The position numbers were made by a program, and so were the translations under genes. From Vicugna vicugna (lineage: Eukaryota): 64,000 bases of DNA. Each line of letters starts with the position of its first letter. Within the stretch, counting starts at the first letter, position 1. The notes beneath the pieces are model-generated. The model did no database searches. It was not told where the DNA came from and saw only the letters and a list, made by a program, of their open reading frames with translations. This document shows, piece by piece, positions 12,481 to 26,086 of this stretch. The stretch is from assembly GCA_013265495.1 (NCBI GenBank), contig MU058039.1, positions 250,591 to 314,590 of the forward strand, written 5' to 3'.

Positions 12481-13256
12481 GTCACCCGATATGCCTTTTC
12501 ACATGATATCTGTGTGACTGTGGGTGCGAGTGAGCCGATGGTTGGTGCCACAGAGTGTGAGACTGTGAGTCGGGGTGGGAGGGACTCTCTGTCCCCCAAT
12601 GTTCCTGTATCCTCGGCCTCTGTGACTGGAGTGTGTGAGTGAGACCATCGGTTTTGATACTCTAGTATTTGAGGCTTGGGGCTTTGGAAGAGGGTGACAG
12701 TGTGAGACTGCCCGTACCCATGGCCGCTGACTGATTTGTGTAAGACGGTGGTTGGCGCTGTAGTTTTTAAGAATCTGTGAGTGAGTGTGTGTGTGAGTGT
12801 GAGTGTGTGTGTGGCGGGGGAGGGGGTCGGAGAACTGAGACTGCCACCAGTATCTAAGCTAGCCAAGTGATGCCAGTGTGCCACCAAGTTTCAGAACCAT
12901 TGATCTACTGGAGAGATGAAAGTAGAGTCAGAAAGACCTTTATCTGATTTTGGTGCTGTTATTTATTAGCTGTGTTTCTTTATGCAAACGATTGCATTAA
13001 TCGGAGTCTTTTGTTTGTAAAATCTAGAAAATCTGTTGTTAAAATAATAAATCTACAAGTGATGTAGGGACCGGTCTCCATTATGCTTTCTCTCCATTGG
13101 AGGGAAGGGTGCAACAGAAGGAAAGAGAAGCCAAAAAATTCTAGGCTGGTGATTCTGAATGCTGCAAGGAAAGCCTAGTTTCTCACCTTCTCTTCCCCAT
13201 CTCACTCATCTAAGGACACTGCCATTTCCCTATAAAAGAGCCAAGGGGAGGAAAGA

Positions 13257-13289
13257 ATGGCTGTTGGACTTCTTACAGCTATGTACCAG
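13257..13289 (+). CDS. ZNF570: ZNF570 first coding exon (MAVGLLTAMYQ)
   Basis: Acceptor ...catctaag| at 13214, ATG at 13257, donor CAG|GTGAGT at 13289/13290, phase 0. Matches the recalled human N-terminus MAVGLLKAMYQ. Confidence 0.9.
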
Positions 13290-13379
13290 GTGAGTTGGTG
13301 TTTTCTCTTTTCTGAAATACTTTCTTGCTTTTCAAGACAAGCAGACATTAATTGTCCTTCTGTGGAAACTTTTCTGGAT

Positions 13380-15740
13380 AACCAATCATGTCACTTCTTA
13401 AACCCTCCAATAGATTCCCACCTCATTCAGGATAAATGCCGAAGTCCTTGCCTTGGCCTATAAGCCTTACATAATCTGGTCCCTGGCTGTGCCTCTGACC
13501 TCATCTAATTTTTCTCACTCTGTCTGTGACTCACTCACTCAGATCCAGTTACACTAACTTCCTTCTACCGAGTTGATTATATTCTCAACTCATGGCCTTG
13601 CACTTACTGTTCTGTCTGCTTAGAATGCTGTTCCCTCAGTTACAGACCAACTTCAGTCTCTGTCCAAATGTTCATTCATTAAGCAAATTTTTATTAAGCA
13701 CCTAATTAACTAAGAGTGCTTAGTCCTTGTCTTCCTCTCTGCTGTAGCTACACTCAGTCATTGATCACATCTAGTATCATGGCTTTAAATACCATCTGTA
13801 TGCCAGTGACTACCAAATTGTATACAGCCCAGAACTCTTGTCCAGAAATCCAGACTTATATATCTACCTACCTTCTCAGTATCTTCATTTGGTTGTGGAA
13901 TGGACACCTCAAATTCAGATGTCTCAAACTGAGTGAAATGAGCCATTGGAAGTTTTGGGGCATAGGAGTGGTATGATCTGATTCCCATTAAGGATCTCTC
14001 TGGTTGCTATTGAGAATAAGTTGAAAGGACAAAAACAGGAAAATCAGTTAGAAAACTCTTACATACTTCCCCATCTCAGATGTTCAAGTTAAAAGTCTTC
14101 TATCAGGAAGTTCTGTTTGTCCTACTTGCAAAACATACCCAGAATCTGAGCACTTTTTACTACCACCAGTTTCCATTCTGGCCTAAACCATCGTCTCACC
14201 TGGATTATTGCTGTGCTCTCCTAACTTGTCTCTTGATTTATACCCTTACTGCCTTTAGTCTATTCTCAACAGAGCAGCCAAAGTGATCTTGTTAATATTA
14301 CATCATATTATATCATTCCTCTTCATTGCAGGGAGGGAATTAATAGAAAGTATAGACAACTCTTTCAAATAGTTTAGTAGAGGGGAAGAAGAGATATGGG
14401 TGGTAACTGAAGGAGAAACTGTGGTCAAGGTTTTTTTTTAAGATGGGTGTATGTCTGTGGGCTGATGTGAAAGATTCACTAGAAAGGGAAATTGAAGATG
14501 AAAAGGAGAGAGGAGGGAATTGTTTGGACACTACCTAAGTAGCTGAGAGGAACTGAGGTCTGCTGTATAAGTGGAGGGGTTGGCCTTTGCTAGGAAGGTG
14601 GGCTGTTCATTTACAATAATAGGATCAACTCAGAGTATATGGGCACAGATGCAAGTTGATGTGTAGATGTGGGAGTTCATGGAAGTTCTCTTAGAATGGC
14701 TTTTATTTTTTCAGTGAAACAAAACAGGATCTTTAGCTGAGTGTAACGATGAGGAAGGAGGTATTGACTATTTGAGGGGAGAGAAGTAAATACCAAATGA
14801 CGGTTTAGGAGAGTGGGGGAAATGAATGGACTAAAGAAATGTATCATGTAAGTAGATAGGAATGTATCATTTTGGCCCACTCAAAGTTAGTGATCATGAA
14901 TATAATGTGAGACCAGTTAGCATGGTTGGTTTGATTTCTCCAGCAAAGTTCAACTGTGCAGGGTACAGAAAAAGAGTATGCTGAGTGATGCGTATGGTTT
15001 AACCAGGTGAGTACAGTGAAGTCAGAGGGGGCAGGGAAGTTGAGGGTGTATGCTTGGGGATGTTTATAACAAATGGTTGTTCTAGGAATTGAAGGTACAT
15101 GGGGATGAGGAACAGTGAAAACATGGTAAGATCAACGATTTGTAAGTTCTAGTGGGGGCAAAGGATTATCCTAATTTGGGTACCAAGAGGGCAAAAATTG
15201 GAATATAGAAGGTGGAAGTGAGAGTGGGAACGTTGAGATTATGGAGGGTTTGGTACTTACAACAAGGTCTAGGGCATGATTGTGGAAGTGAGTGACTGTA
15301 CAAATGTGGAGGATGAGATTACTGGAGGAGAGAGGGGGTCAGAGAACTGAGAGGCCAGGTTGTTGGGAGGGTTATTTATATGGATATTGAAATGACCAAA
15401 GATTATGTATAATGGGAGTAGCATTGAAGAGCGTGACGGTGAGCCAGATGCTGAAGGGTTCAAGGAATGACAGAATTGGTATCTATGAGGATTCGGTAGA
15501 TAACTAAAATAAGGAGGGATAGTGGTATAGCCTGATTTCATGAGACTGAAAACTAAGTGTCTTTTAGGGAAGAGGGTTGAGTAATGGTATGGAAACAAGT
15601 ATAAGGAACAAAGAGGTTACCTACCTCTCCTCCGCGTGCTGTGTTACAAGGGATGTGAGAAATAAGACAGTTACCTCATGACAGGGCTTCAGGGGAACCA
15701 GTCTTCTCCGCTGGGAGCCATGTTTCTATAAGGGCAAAAA
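13380..15740. mobile_element. LINE-2 fragments in alternating orientation
   Basis: L2-like pyrimidine- and purine-rich blocks; endonuclease-like remnant IIFGHFNIHIN in minus ORF 15269-15598. Confidence 0.65.
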
Positions 15741-16606
15741 AGTGAAGGAAACTGTTGACTTTCTATAGACTGGTTTGGTTATAATTATGAATGGATCTTG
15801 AAACCAAGTATTGGGTTAGAGGTCAAATATTTTAAGAGGTTCTTTGTTAGAGGTCAAATATTTTAAGGTTAAAATTTAAGCATTGTAATTATTTTCATTG
15901 ATTGTATAAATTAACTCAAGGAATCAGTGAAAAAATGTGTGTCATATAAAAAAAATTTATACATTTGTTATACATATTTACATAAGCTAAGGAAAACATT
16001 TTTGGAAGCATGTATACGTATGAACCAAACCTTAACAGGAGCATTTCTGCAATATATGAGGGATGGTATTGCTAGAGTGGAGAGGGAGTAATTCACAAAC
16101 TACTGCATATGATTAAATAAGAAAAAAAGTAATTGAGTGTTGAAAAACACTTTAAGAATTTTTACTTTGTAGAGAAATTTTTTAAACTATGACAAAATTG
16201 TGTCAAATGCACAATAGAAAAGTTCTTCTGCCTTAACAGATTCACCTCTTCTAATTCTGTAAAAAAAATTTATGTGTGTGTATATATATATGTGTATGTG
16301 TGTATGTGTGTGTATGTATATGTATATATATGTACATATATATATCCACACACATAATGTATGTTAGTTTATCAAGTGGTCACATTATAGAAACCTGGCA
16401 CCCAGCTGAATCATAGCATAGCTCCAAGTTTCTAAGAACTTTGCTCAGTTCCTATAGGCAGAAGCAGTATTATGAGTGGTATAGTCATTTCTTTATACAA
16501 AATTTAGGTACTCTGGATTAAAGTATTTGAATTTTAATGGAGTTGATGATTTGTTTTGCTTGGTCTAGCACTGTTTCTGGAGATACAGCAAGCACTTTCT
16601 GGTCTC

Positions 16607-16746
16607 TTTTTTTTTTTAAAGTATCTTCCACATTTATTTTATTTATTTATTTATTTATTTATTTAACATTTTTTATTGATTTATAATCATTTTACAATGT
16701 TGTGTCAAATTCCAGTGTTCAGCACAATTTTTCAGTCATTCATGGT
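16607..16746 (-). mobile_element. Very short 5'-truncated young L1 with (TTTA)n tail
   Basis: Reverse complement of the L1 3' end seen at ~53120-53200; flanked by tctggtctc direct repeats (16598-16606 / 16746-16754). Confidence 0.8.
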
Positions 16747-17126
16747 CTGGTCTCATTTTTGACCCTCTTATGCCTTCTTGAAATTTCCAAACCATTCATT
16801 CATTAATCCAGCTTATTCAGCAGATATTTGGATGCTTCATGTGTCCCAGATACTGTTCTGTAACTGAGGATATAGCGGTGACCAAAACGAAAACATACTC
16901 TGCTCTCATGAACTTTACATTTTAGTGGAGGTAGGGGGCAGACAATAAATAACTAATTAATGGTAATGGAGAAAAATAGGGGAATAGGGAACTGGGGTAA
17001 GAGCATTGCTACTTTTATACAGAATGATCTGAGAAGTACAAAGGCCTTGAAGGGGAACATGCTTGACATATTTGAGGATGTAACATCTGAGAGTCCCGAG
17101 TGCCTGGGGCACAATGAAGGAGGTGA

Positions 17127-17330
<204 letters not shown>

Positions 17331-17641
17331 TGAGCCTCTACTCATAATGGGCACTTTGCTCCCACCATTGTGAATTTTTGGATAGCATCTGGTGTGCAGT
17401 CAAGCACAAGGTCTGCTGCCTGTGCTAAAGTAACGGATTAATATTTGTGGAGTTGGCAGTAAACAGGTCTATTATTAATCTATGTCAGAAGCTTCAGCCT
17501 CGCTGTCCTTTGAATATGTGTCCTTATCACATTCTTCTCTGGCTTTCTATAAGCTCCCTCTTCCCTAATGATCAAAGAATTGGGTGTGAATTGTGGGATA
17601 TCTACAGCATGAGCAAATTCTTTTTCTTTTCATATATACAG

Positions 17642-17737
17642 GACTTTGCTTTTCTAAACCAAGTGTGATATTATTGTTGGAACAAGGGAAGGAACCCTGG
17701 ATGGTGAAGAGAGAGCTGACAAAAGGCTTGTGCTCAG
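17642..17737 (+). CDS. ZNF570: ZNF570 KRAB-B exon
   Basis: 96-bp phase 1-1 exon between atacag| and |gtgagt encoding (G)[31 protein letters not shown](D). Confidence 0.95.
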
Positions 17738-18029
17738 GTGAGTGGGGATAAAATAGGCAGGCAGAAACCTTTGGAGGTGACAGCCCAGCTTAACTCAAAG
17801 GTATCACCTCTTCACTCTTCCTTGTTGTTGACATGTTCTCAAATGTTCTAGGTATTAGTAGAAACTTGAGTCCTTTTAGGGTGTTCTCCCAAAGTTATTA
17901 TTCTAAACTTTCTCTCCTTTCACACTTTGCCCTCTCTTATCTGTTCTCTGAGTCTTATACCTTCCCAGTTCCATAAGTCTCTTCCAGTCTTAAACTTTTG
18001 AGCTCTACAGATGTCTGTAACTGCAGTAA

Positions 18030-18130
18030 CAAGTTCAAATCCTGACACTTAGGTGCAGTGAAAGTTTGGGCAAGTTACTTAACTTGTCGGTGCCTTTGTT
18101 TTGTCATCTGTAAAATGGGATAATATTTTT
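18030..18130 (+). mobile_element. MIR core
   Basis: ttgggcaagttacttaac...gtgcctttgttttgtcatctgtaaaatgggataat. Confidence 0.7.
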
Positions 18131-18799
18131 AAAGTGCTGTCAACAGTCCCTATCTCATACTCTAAGCTCAAAAGCTGTTAGCTACTACTTTATAGTAGAA
18201 GTAGTGTACCTCTAAATGCCTCATTTTTCTCTTAATGGTCAGTTCATTCATTCCTTTAACCAACATTTATTGAATTTGTACTTTAAACAGGGTTCTTGGA
18301 AGATGCTGTGATGTTATACATTTATAAAAATAATCAAATAATTGATAGACTTGTGGCAGAGATGTAATATAGCTATAAATGGCATATGTGAAAAGAAAGT
18401 TGACATAAAGGAAGTTCAGAGAGGTGAGAGGGGACTCTGGTTAACTGGGAACATGATGGTCTTTAACAAAAACAGGTTAGAAGCTAGAAAACATTTGAGG
18501 GAGAAGAGATTAAGAGTTTAGCTTTGTGGTGTAGGAAGGATTTTCAGATAGACATAGGAAGCATTAAGGTAAAACGGAGGACTAAAGTTCAGAAGAGGAT
18601 TGGGGTCATTGTAAATATCTCTGTCAACACCACTCCCCAACTCACCCACACTCCCACCCCCAACCACTAACTCACCCCAATCTTTTATGTTTTTATTCAG
18701 TTTCCTAAGAAAAAATTTTGATGTGAAACTGTAGTATCAGAGAATATATGGCTACATTTTATTTATTTATTATTGTTATTAAATAAACCACACACACAT

Positions 18800-20175
18800 A
18801 TAAATAAATATTAGCCTATATATATAGCTTAAGTAATATACCAAAAACATATGTACCTACTTCTTAATTTGGGAAATAGAACATTGTCAATGCTATTTTA
18901 GGCCCTTGAGGACCCCTGCCTAGAGATGTGCCACTCCCTACCCTTGGCCCATCCCTAGCCTAGGGAACTACTAGGGTAACCACTATCCTACAATTCGCTT
19001 ATCATTTCTTGACTTTTCTTATAGTTGTGCCATATATCCCTAAACAAAATATTTATATTTATGTATTTTCAGTTTTTTATGTGTGGAAATATACTGTGCA
19101 TATAATTCTGACTTTTTTCCATCTCAAAATTATATTCCTGAGATTCATCCATGTTGATTTTAGTCACTATTTTTTATTGAATTTTTTTTCTGTTGAAATG
19201 TAATGTATTCCACTGTGTAAATGTATCCATTCTCCAATGGATTTGTTGTTTGTTATTCTCCAGCATTTGTTATTGGTTATTTGAGTTATTTCAGTTTTAT
19301 GTTATAAATGTTACTGCTGTGAACCTTACTACATGTGACAGCTGGTACACGTATGCTAGAGCTCTTACAGAGACTATAGCCAGGAATTTACTGGATAATG
19401 CTATTTTACCTTCCAGAGTACTGGTACTAATTTACATTTCTAACAGTTGTATGTGAGAGTGTTCATTGCTCCACACTCATAATTGACAAATAGTAAAATT
19501 TTTGCAAATTTGGTGGGTGTGAAATATTATCTCCTTATACTTGTCACCTGACTGTCCTTGATAAATATAAAAATTTGGCTTCTTTTTATGTTTATAAATT
19601 GCCATTTGGATTTCCTTTTCTCTGAAGTGTCTGCTCAAGTCCTTTGTTCACTTTTAGGAATATATAAATAAATAAATAGAGAGAGAGAGAGACAGACAGA
19701 GAGAAGTAGAGTTGATATACAGTATGATAATAGTTTCAGATGTACAACATAGTGATTCAGTATTTTTATAGATTATACTCCATTCAAAGTTATTATAAAG
19801 TATTGGCTATATTCCCTGTGCTCAATATATCCTTGCTGTTTATTTATTGTATACATAGTAGTTTGTATCTCTTAATCTCTTACCCCTGTCCTGCCCCTCC
19901 CTGATACTCTCTCCCCACTGTTAACCACTAGTTTGTTTTCTATATCTGTTTCTGTTTTCTTATATTCATTTGCTTGTTTTACTTTTTAGATTCCACATAT
20001 AAGTGATAACATATAGTATTTGTCTTTCTCTGTCTGACCTATTTCTCTTAAGTATAATACCCTCCAGGTATACTAGGGTTCCTCTTCTCCACATCCTCGC
20101 CAGCATTTGTTATTTATGGTCCTTTTGATGATAGCCATTCTGACAGGTGTGAAGTGATACCTCATTGTGGTTTTG
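18800..20175 (-). mobile_element. L1 3' fragments (older copy 18800-19650, younger copy ~19690-20175)
   Basis: Antisense L1 3' UTR motifs (gattcatccatgttg; gatgatagccattctgacaggtgtgaagtgatacctcattgtggtttt). Confidence 0.65.
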
Positions 20176-20229
20176 TGTAGCTTATATATATATATTCAAT
20201 TATATACATATATAATCAATATATATATA

Positions 20230-23200
20230 TTTTATTGAACTATAGTTGATTTATAATATGTTAGTTTCAGGTATATAGCAAAGTGATGCAGATATATATA
20301 TATTCTTTTTCAGATTCTTTCCATTATAGGTTTTTAGAGGATTTTGAATATAGTTCCCTGTGCTATACAGTAAATCCTTGTTATGTATTTTATATTTAGT
20401 GGTGTGTATTTTTTAATCCCATATTCCCAATTTATCCCTTTTCCCTTTTCTCCTTTGGTAACCATAGTTTTTTTTCTATGTCTATTAGTCTGTTTCTGTT
20501 TCAAATAAGTTCTTTTGTATTATTGTTTAGTTTTTTCATGTAAGCAATATCATATAATATTTGTGTGTCTCTGTATGACTTGCTTCACTTAGTATGATAT
20601 TCTCTGGGTCCATCCATGTGGCTGCAATGGCAATATTTTATTCTTTCTTATGGCTGAGTAATATTCCATTTTATGTATGTATATATATGTATACACACAC
20701 CACATCTTTGTATGTATGTCTATATATATATACACACACACACCACATCTTTTCCCATTTATCTGTTGATGGACACTTAGGTTGTTTCTATGTCTTGGCT
20801 GTTGTAAATAGTGCTGCTATTAACATTGGGTGCATGTATCTTTTCGAATTAGAGTTTTTTCTGGATATATATCCAGGAGTGGGATTGCTGGATCATATAG
20901 TAAGTTTATTTTTAGTTTTCTAAGGAACCTTCATACTGTTTTCCATAGTGGCTGCACCAAACTACATTCCTACCAACACTGTAGGAGGGTTCCCTTTTCT
21001 CCGCACCCTTTCCAGCATTTATCGTTTGTGGACTTCTGAATTATGGCCATTCTGACTGGTGAGGGGTGATACCTCATTGTAGTTTTGATTTGCATTTCTC
21101 TGATAATTAGCAATATTGAGCATTTTTTCATGTACCTGTTGGCCATTTGTGTGTCTTCATTGGAGAATTGCTTGTTTAAGTCTTCTGCTCATTTTTGGAT
21201 TGGGTTGTATGGATTGGGTGTTTTTTTCTTATTAAGTTGTATGAGCTGTTTATATCTTCTGGAAATTAAGTCCTTGTCAGTCTCATCTTTTGCAAATATT
21301 TTCTCCCATTCTGTAGGTTGTCTTTTTGTTTTGCTTATGGTTTCCTTTGCTTTGAAAAAGCTTAGAAGTTTAATTAGGTCCCATTTGTTTATTTTTCTTT
21401 TATTTCTATTGCTTGGGTAGATTGCCCTAGGAGAACATTGCTGAGATTTATGTTGGATAATGTTTTGCCTAAGTTTTCTTCTAAGAGGTTTGTTTATAGT
21501 GTCTTGTCTTCTGTTTAAGTCTTTTAGCCATTTTGAGTTTATTTTTGTGTATGGTGTTAAGGGGTATTCTAACTTCATTGATTTACATGTAGTTGTCCAG
21601 TTTTCCCAACACCATTTGCTGAAGAGACTGTCTTTACTCCATTGTATGTTCTTGCCTCCTTTGTCAAAGATTAATTGACCAAAAGTTTGTGAGTTCATTT
21701 CTGGTCTCTCTATTTTGTTCCATTGATCCATATGTCTGTTTTTGTACCAGTATCATGCTGTTTTAATTACTGTAGCTCTGTAGTATTGTCTGAAGTCTGG
21801 GAGGGTTATTCCTCCAGCTTCATTCTTTTTCTTCAGTAATGCTTTGGCGATTCTGGGTCTTTTGTGATTCCATATAAATTTAAGGATTATTTATTCTAGT
21901 TCTGTGAAAAATGTCTTGGGTAATTTGATAGGGATGGCATTAAGTCTGTAGATTGCTTTGGGTAGGGGCCATTTTAACAATATTTATTATTCCAACCCAA
22001 GAACATGAGATACCTTTCCATTTCTTCAAGTCATCTTTAATTTCCTTACTCAGTGTTTTTTAGTTCTTCACATATAAGCCTTTCACTTCCTCGGTGAGGT
22101 TTAGTCCTAAGTATTTTTTGTTTTTTGGATGCTAATTTAAAAGGGATTGTTTCTTTACTTTCTTTTCCTGTTGATTCATTGTTAGTGTAAAGAAACGCCA
22201 CTGATTTCTGTATGTTAATTCTGTATCCTGCTACCTTGCCGAATTCTTTTATTAGCTCTAGTAGTTTTTGTTTGGAGCCTTTAGGGTTTTCTATATTTAG
22301 TATCATGTCATCTACATATTAATGACAGTCTTACCTCTTCTCTTCCAATTTGGATCCCATTTATTTATTTTTCTTGTCTAATTCCTATGGCTAGGACTTC
22401 CAATACTATATTGAATAGAAGTGGTGAGAGTGGGCATCCTTGTCTTATTTGATTTTAGTGGAAAGGCTTTCAGCCTCTCAGTGTTGAGTATTATGCTGGC
22501 TGTAGGTTTGTCATAAATAGGTTTTATTATGTTGAAATATGTTCCCTCTATACCCACTTTGGTAAGAGTTTTTATCATAAATTGGTGTTGAATTTTATCA
22601 GATGCTTTTTCTGCATCTATTGAGATGACCATGTGATTTTTGTCCTTTCTCTTGTTGATGTGGTGTATCATGTTGATTGATTTGTGTATGTTGAACCATC
22701 CTTGTGCCTCTGGAATGAACCCAACTTGATCATGGTGTATGATCTTTTTTATGTGTTGGTGGATTCCGTTTGCTAATATTTTGTTGAGGATTTTTGCATC
22801 TGTGTTCATCAATGATATTGGCCTATAGCTTTCTTTTGTGGTAGTGTCTTTGGCTTTGTTATCAGGGTGATGATGGCTTCATAGAATGAGTTTGGGAGTA
22901 TTCCCTCCTTTTTAATCTTTTGGAAGAGTTTGAGAAGGATTAGTATGAGCTCTTCTTTGTATGTTTGATAGAATTTCCCAGTGAAGCCATCTGGTCTTGG
23001 ACTTCTGTTTGCAGGGAGGTTTTTTTTATTGCTGATTCTATTTCACTTCTAGTGATTGGTCTGTTCAAATGATCTGTTTTTTGTTGATTCAGTTTTGGTG
23101 GACTGTATGTTTCTAGAAACTTGTCCATTTCTTATAAGTTGTCCAATTTATTGCCATATAGTTGTTCATAGTATTCTCTTACGGTTTTTTGTATTTCTGT

Positions 23201-23705
23201 GCTGTTGGTTGTCTCCAATTTCATTTCTTATTTTGTTTATTTGTGTCCTCTCTCTTTTCTTCTTGGTGAACCTGGCCAGAGATTTGTTGATTTTGTTTAC
23301 TCTTTCAAAAAACTAGCTCTTGGTTTGATTGATTTTTTCTATTGTTTTTTAAATCTCTATTTTATTTATTTCCTCCCTGATCTTTGCTTTCCTTCTGCTG
23401 ACTTTAGGTTTTGTTTGTTCTTCTTTTTCTAATTCTTTTAGGTGCTAGGTTAGGTTGTTTATTTGAGATTGTCCTTCTTTTTTGAGGAAGGCCTGTATCG
23501 CTATGAACTTCCCTCTTAGGACTGCTTTTGCTGCATCCCACAGATTTTGTGTGCTTGTGTTTTCATTGTCATTTGTCTCAAGGTATTTTTAAATTTCTTC
23601 TTTGATTTCATCATTGAATCATTGGTTTTTAGTAGTATGTTGTTTAGTCTCCATGCTGTCATTTTTTTTTTTTTGTCATTTGTTTTTCTGTGGTTAATTT
23701 CTGGT
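20230..23705 (-). mobile_element. 5'-truncated L1, ~3.5 kb, with disrupted ORF2
   Basis: Minus-strand ORFs carry ORF2 motifs: [14 protein letters not shown]...[47 protein letters not shown]...LIFDKG. Several frameshifts. Confidence 0.95.
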
Positions 23706-23728
23706 TTCACAGGATTAAAAAAAAATCT

Positions 23729-24525
23729 TGCAGTGAGTTTGTCAAACTGCAAAATCCGAGAGGACAGTGCTCCACAAGATTGCACTTATTTCAGACACCC
23801 ACTGAAAGCTGGGGATCCTCAGAGCCACCCTCATTTCTGACCACCTGGCCACAAATTTGGGAGTGCCTACAATCTCCCTCAGGTTTGATAATTCACTAAG
23901 ACTTACAGAATTCAGGCAAGAGCTATATTATGATTACAGCTTTATTGTAACAAAACAATACAAATCAGAACCAGACAAAAGGAGAGACACCAAGGGCAAA
24001 GTCTGAGAGAGTGGCAAATGTGAAGCTTCTGTTGTCCTCCGGGCCCACCAGGCACCTTGATATTCAAAAGAATATTGCCAACTAGGGAAGCTCTCTTGAG
24101 CTTTAATATCTAGAGTTTGTTTTGGGGGGCAGTGGAATGAGGGTGGGGTTTTTTCATTTGCTTTTGGTTTTGTTTTGTTTTGTTTCATTATGTAGGCATG
24201 ACTGAGTGGATCATAAACCAATTTGACTCAGTCTCCAGCCTTCCTTCCTTTCCCAAAAGTCAGACTGATATCATGGTGGCTCAAAGGTCCAACTTTCTAG
24301 TCATGTGGTTGGTCTTTCCAGCATGGCTAGCCTTCAGCCTGAGTCATCTTGTTAGCCAAACTATCTAGGGGCTCATCATAAGTCACCTTACTAGTGTTAA
24401 TTATCAGGTGTGGTCCAAGGAGCTCACGATGACTAACAAAGACATTACTTCCAGGAGTTCAGAGGGTTTAGAGGTTACCTCCTGGGAAACAGGGACAAAG
24501 GCCTGCCAGATTCTTCATTATGCAG
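23729..24525 (-). mobile_element. MER21-like LTR
   Basis: caggtttgataattcact...gacttacagaattcagg and ccaggagttcagagggtttagaggttacctcctgggaaacagggacaaaggcc resemble MER21 read antisense. Confidence 0.65.
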
Positions 24526-25045
24526 TTCTTTTAAAAAAATCACAATAGGCTCTGACTGGGATTGAATGGACATAATCTGTAAGTTTAGTGAGGCTTAGTG
24601 GCTTTACATTGTTGATTCCTCATATGTAAAAGCAAATTAAAAGATAGTTCTTTTAATGATTACTGTTATTAGCTGTTGTTTTTTTAATTATTTCTGTGAC
24701 ATTTCTTAACTAATATATTCCAAACTACGTATTATGTAAGTGTACTTTATTATTTCTCAGTATATTTATACTGAAAAAGTTAATTTTTATTATGACCTTG
24801 TAATATCATGTGGTATTAATGTTCTCAGCCCTGACTTTTTCTTGTTCACTTCTGCTCTTTATTAATCTTTTTTGGTTTCTTCTCTTTTCCTAAATATCTT
24901 AATGTTGGAGTGCTCCAGGGTTCCTTCCTTGCTCCTTTCTCTTCTCTTTATCTATACACATTCTCTTGGTAATACAGTCTCTTTAAATACCATTTATATG
25001 CTGGCAGCTCCCAATTTAAAAATCTCTAGTCCTGACCACTATCTT

Positions 25046-25491
25046 TTTTGTGTGTGTGTGTGATTTATAAATAGTTGATTTATAGTATTAAATTAGCTTC
25101 AGGTGTACATCATAGTGATTCAAAATTTTTATAGATTATACTCCATTTATAGTTACTATAAAATATTAGCTGTATTCCTTGTGCTATATACTATATCCTT
25201 GTAGGTTATTTATTTTGTACATAGTAGTTTGTACCTCTTAATCCTCTACCCCTATCTTGCCCCTCCCTGCTTCCCTTTCATCACTGGTAACTACCAGTTT
25301 GTTCTCTATATCTGTGAGTCTATTTCTGTTTTCTTATATTTGTTTGTTTTATTTTTTAGATTCGATATATAAGTGATAACATATGTTATTTGTCTTTCTC
25401 TGACACTTTACTAAACATAATATCCTCTGGGTCCATCCATGTTGTTGCAAATGGCACGATTTCATTCTTTTTTATGACTGTGTAGTATTCC

Positions 25492-25538
<47 letters not shown>

Positions 25539-26070
25539 CACATGTTCCTTATCCATTCATCTGTTAATAAAATTTAGCTTGCTTCCATATCTTTGCTACT
25601 GTAAATAATACTGCACTGAACATTGGGTTGCATGTATCTTTTTGAGTTAGTGTTTTCATTTTCTTCAGGTATATATATCTAGGCGTGGAATTGCTGAATC
25701 ATATAATAGTTCTATTTTTAGTTTTTTGAGTTACCTCTGTACTGTTTTCCCTAGTGGCTGTACTAGTTTACATTCCCAACAGTGTTCTAGGGTTTCCTTT
25801 TCACCACACCCTCACCAACATTTGTTATTTGTGGCCTTTTTGATGATAGCCATTCTGACACATATGAAATGACATCTATTGTGGTTTTGATTTGCATTTC
25901 TCTGATGATTAGTGATGTTGAGCATCTTTTTATGTGCCTGTTGGCCATCTTCTTTGGTATATCTTCGGAGAAATTTCTATTCAGGTCTTTTACCCATTTT
26001 TTAATCAAGTTTGTTTTTTTAATATTGATTTGTGTGTCCTATTTATATGTTATGGATATTAATGCCTTAT
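25046..26070 (-). mobile_element. 5'-truncated L1 inserted into an L2
   Basis: ORF2 C-terminal remnant ([23 protein letters not shown]); TSD gaccactatctt at 25034-25045 / 26075-26086. Confidence 0.88.
25494..25536. repeat. (TG)n microsatellite
   Basis: Perfect TG run of about 21 units. Confidence 0.95.
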
Positions 26071-26086
26071 CCTAGACCACTATCTT

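Noticed and set aside
11863..12887. Overlapping 70-189 aa ORFs on both strands
   Set aside because: GC-rich CpG island and TG tracts are poor in stop codons; no recognisable domain.
15815..15867. 22-bp direct repeat gttagaggtcaaatattttaag (period 31)
   Set aside because: Small intronic slippage duplication with nothing to suggest function.
20230..23705. Reverse-transcriptase ORFs as an active or domesticated gene
   Set aside because: Ordinary L1 ORF2, 5'-truncated and broken by frameshifts and stops.
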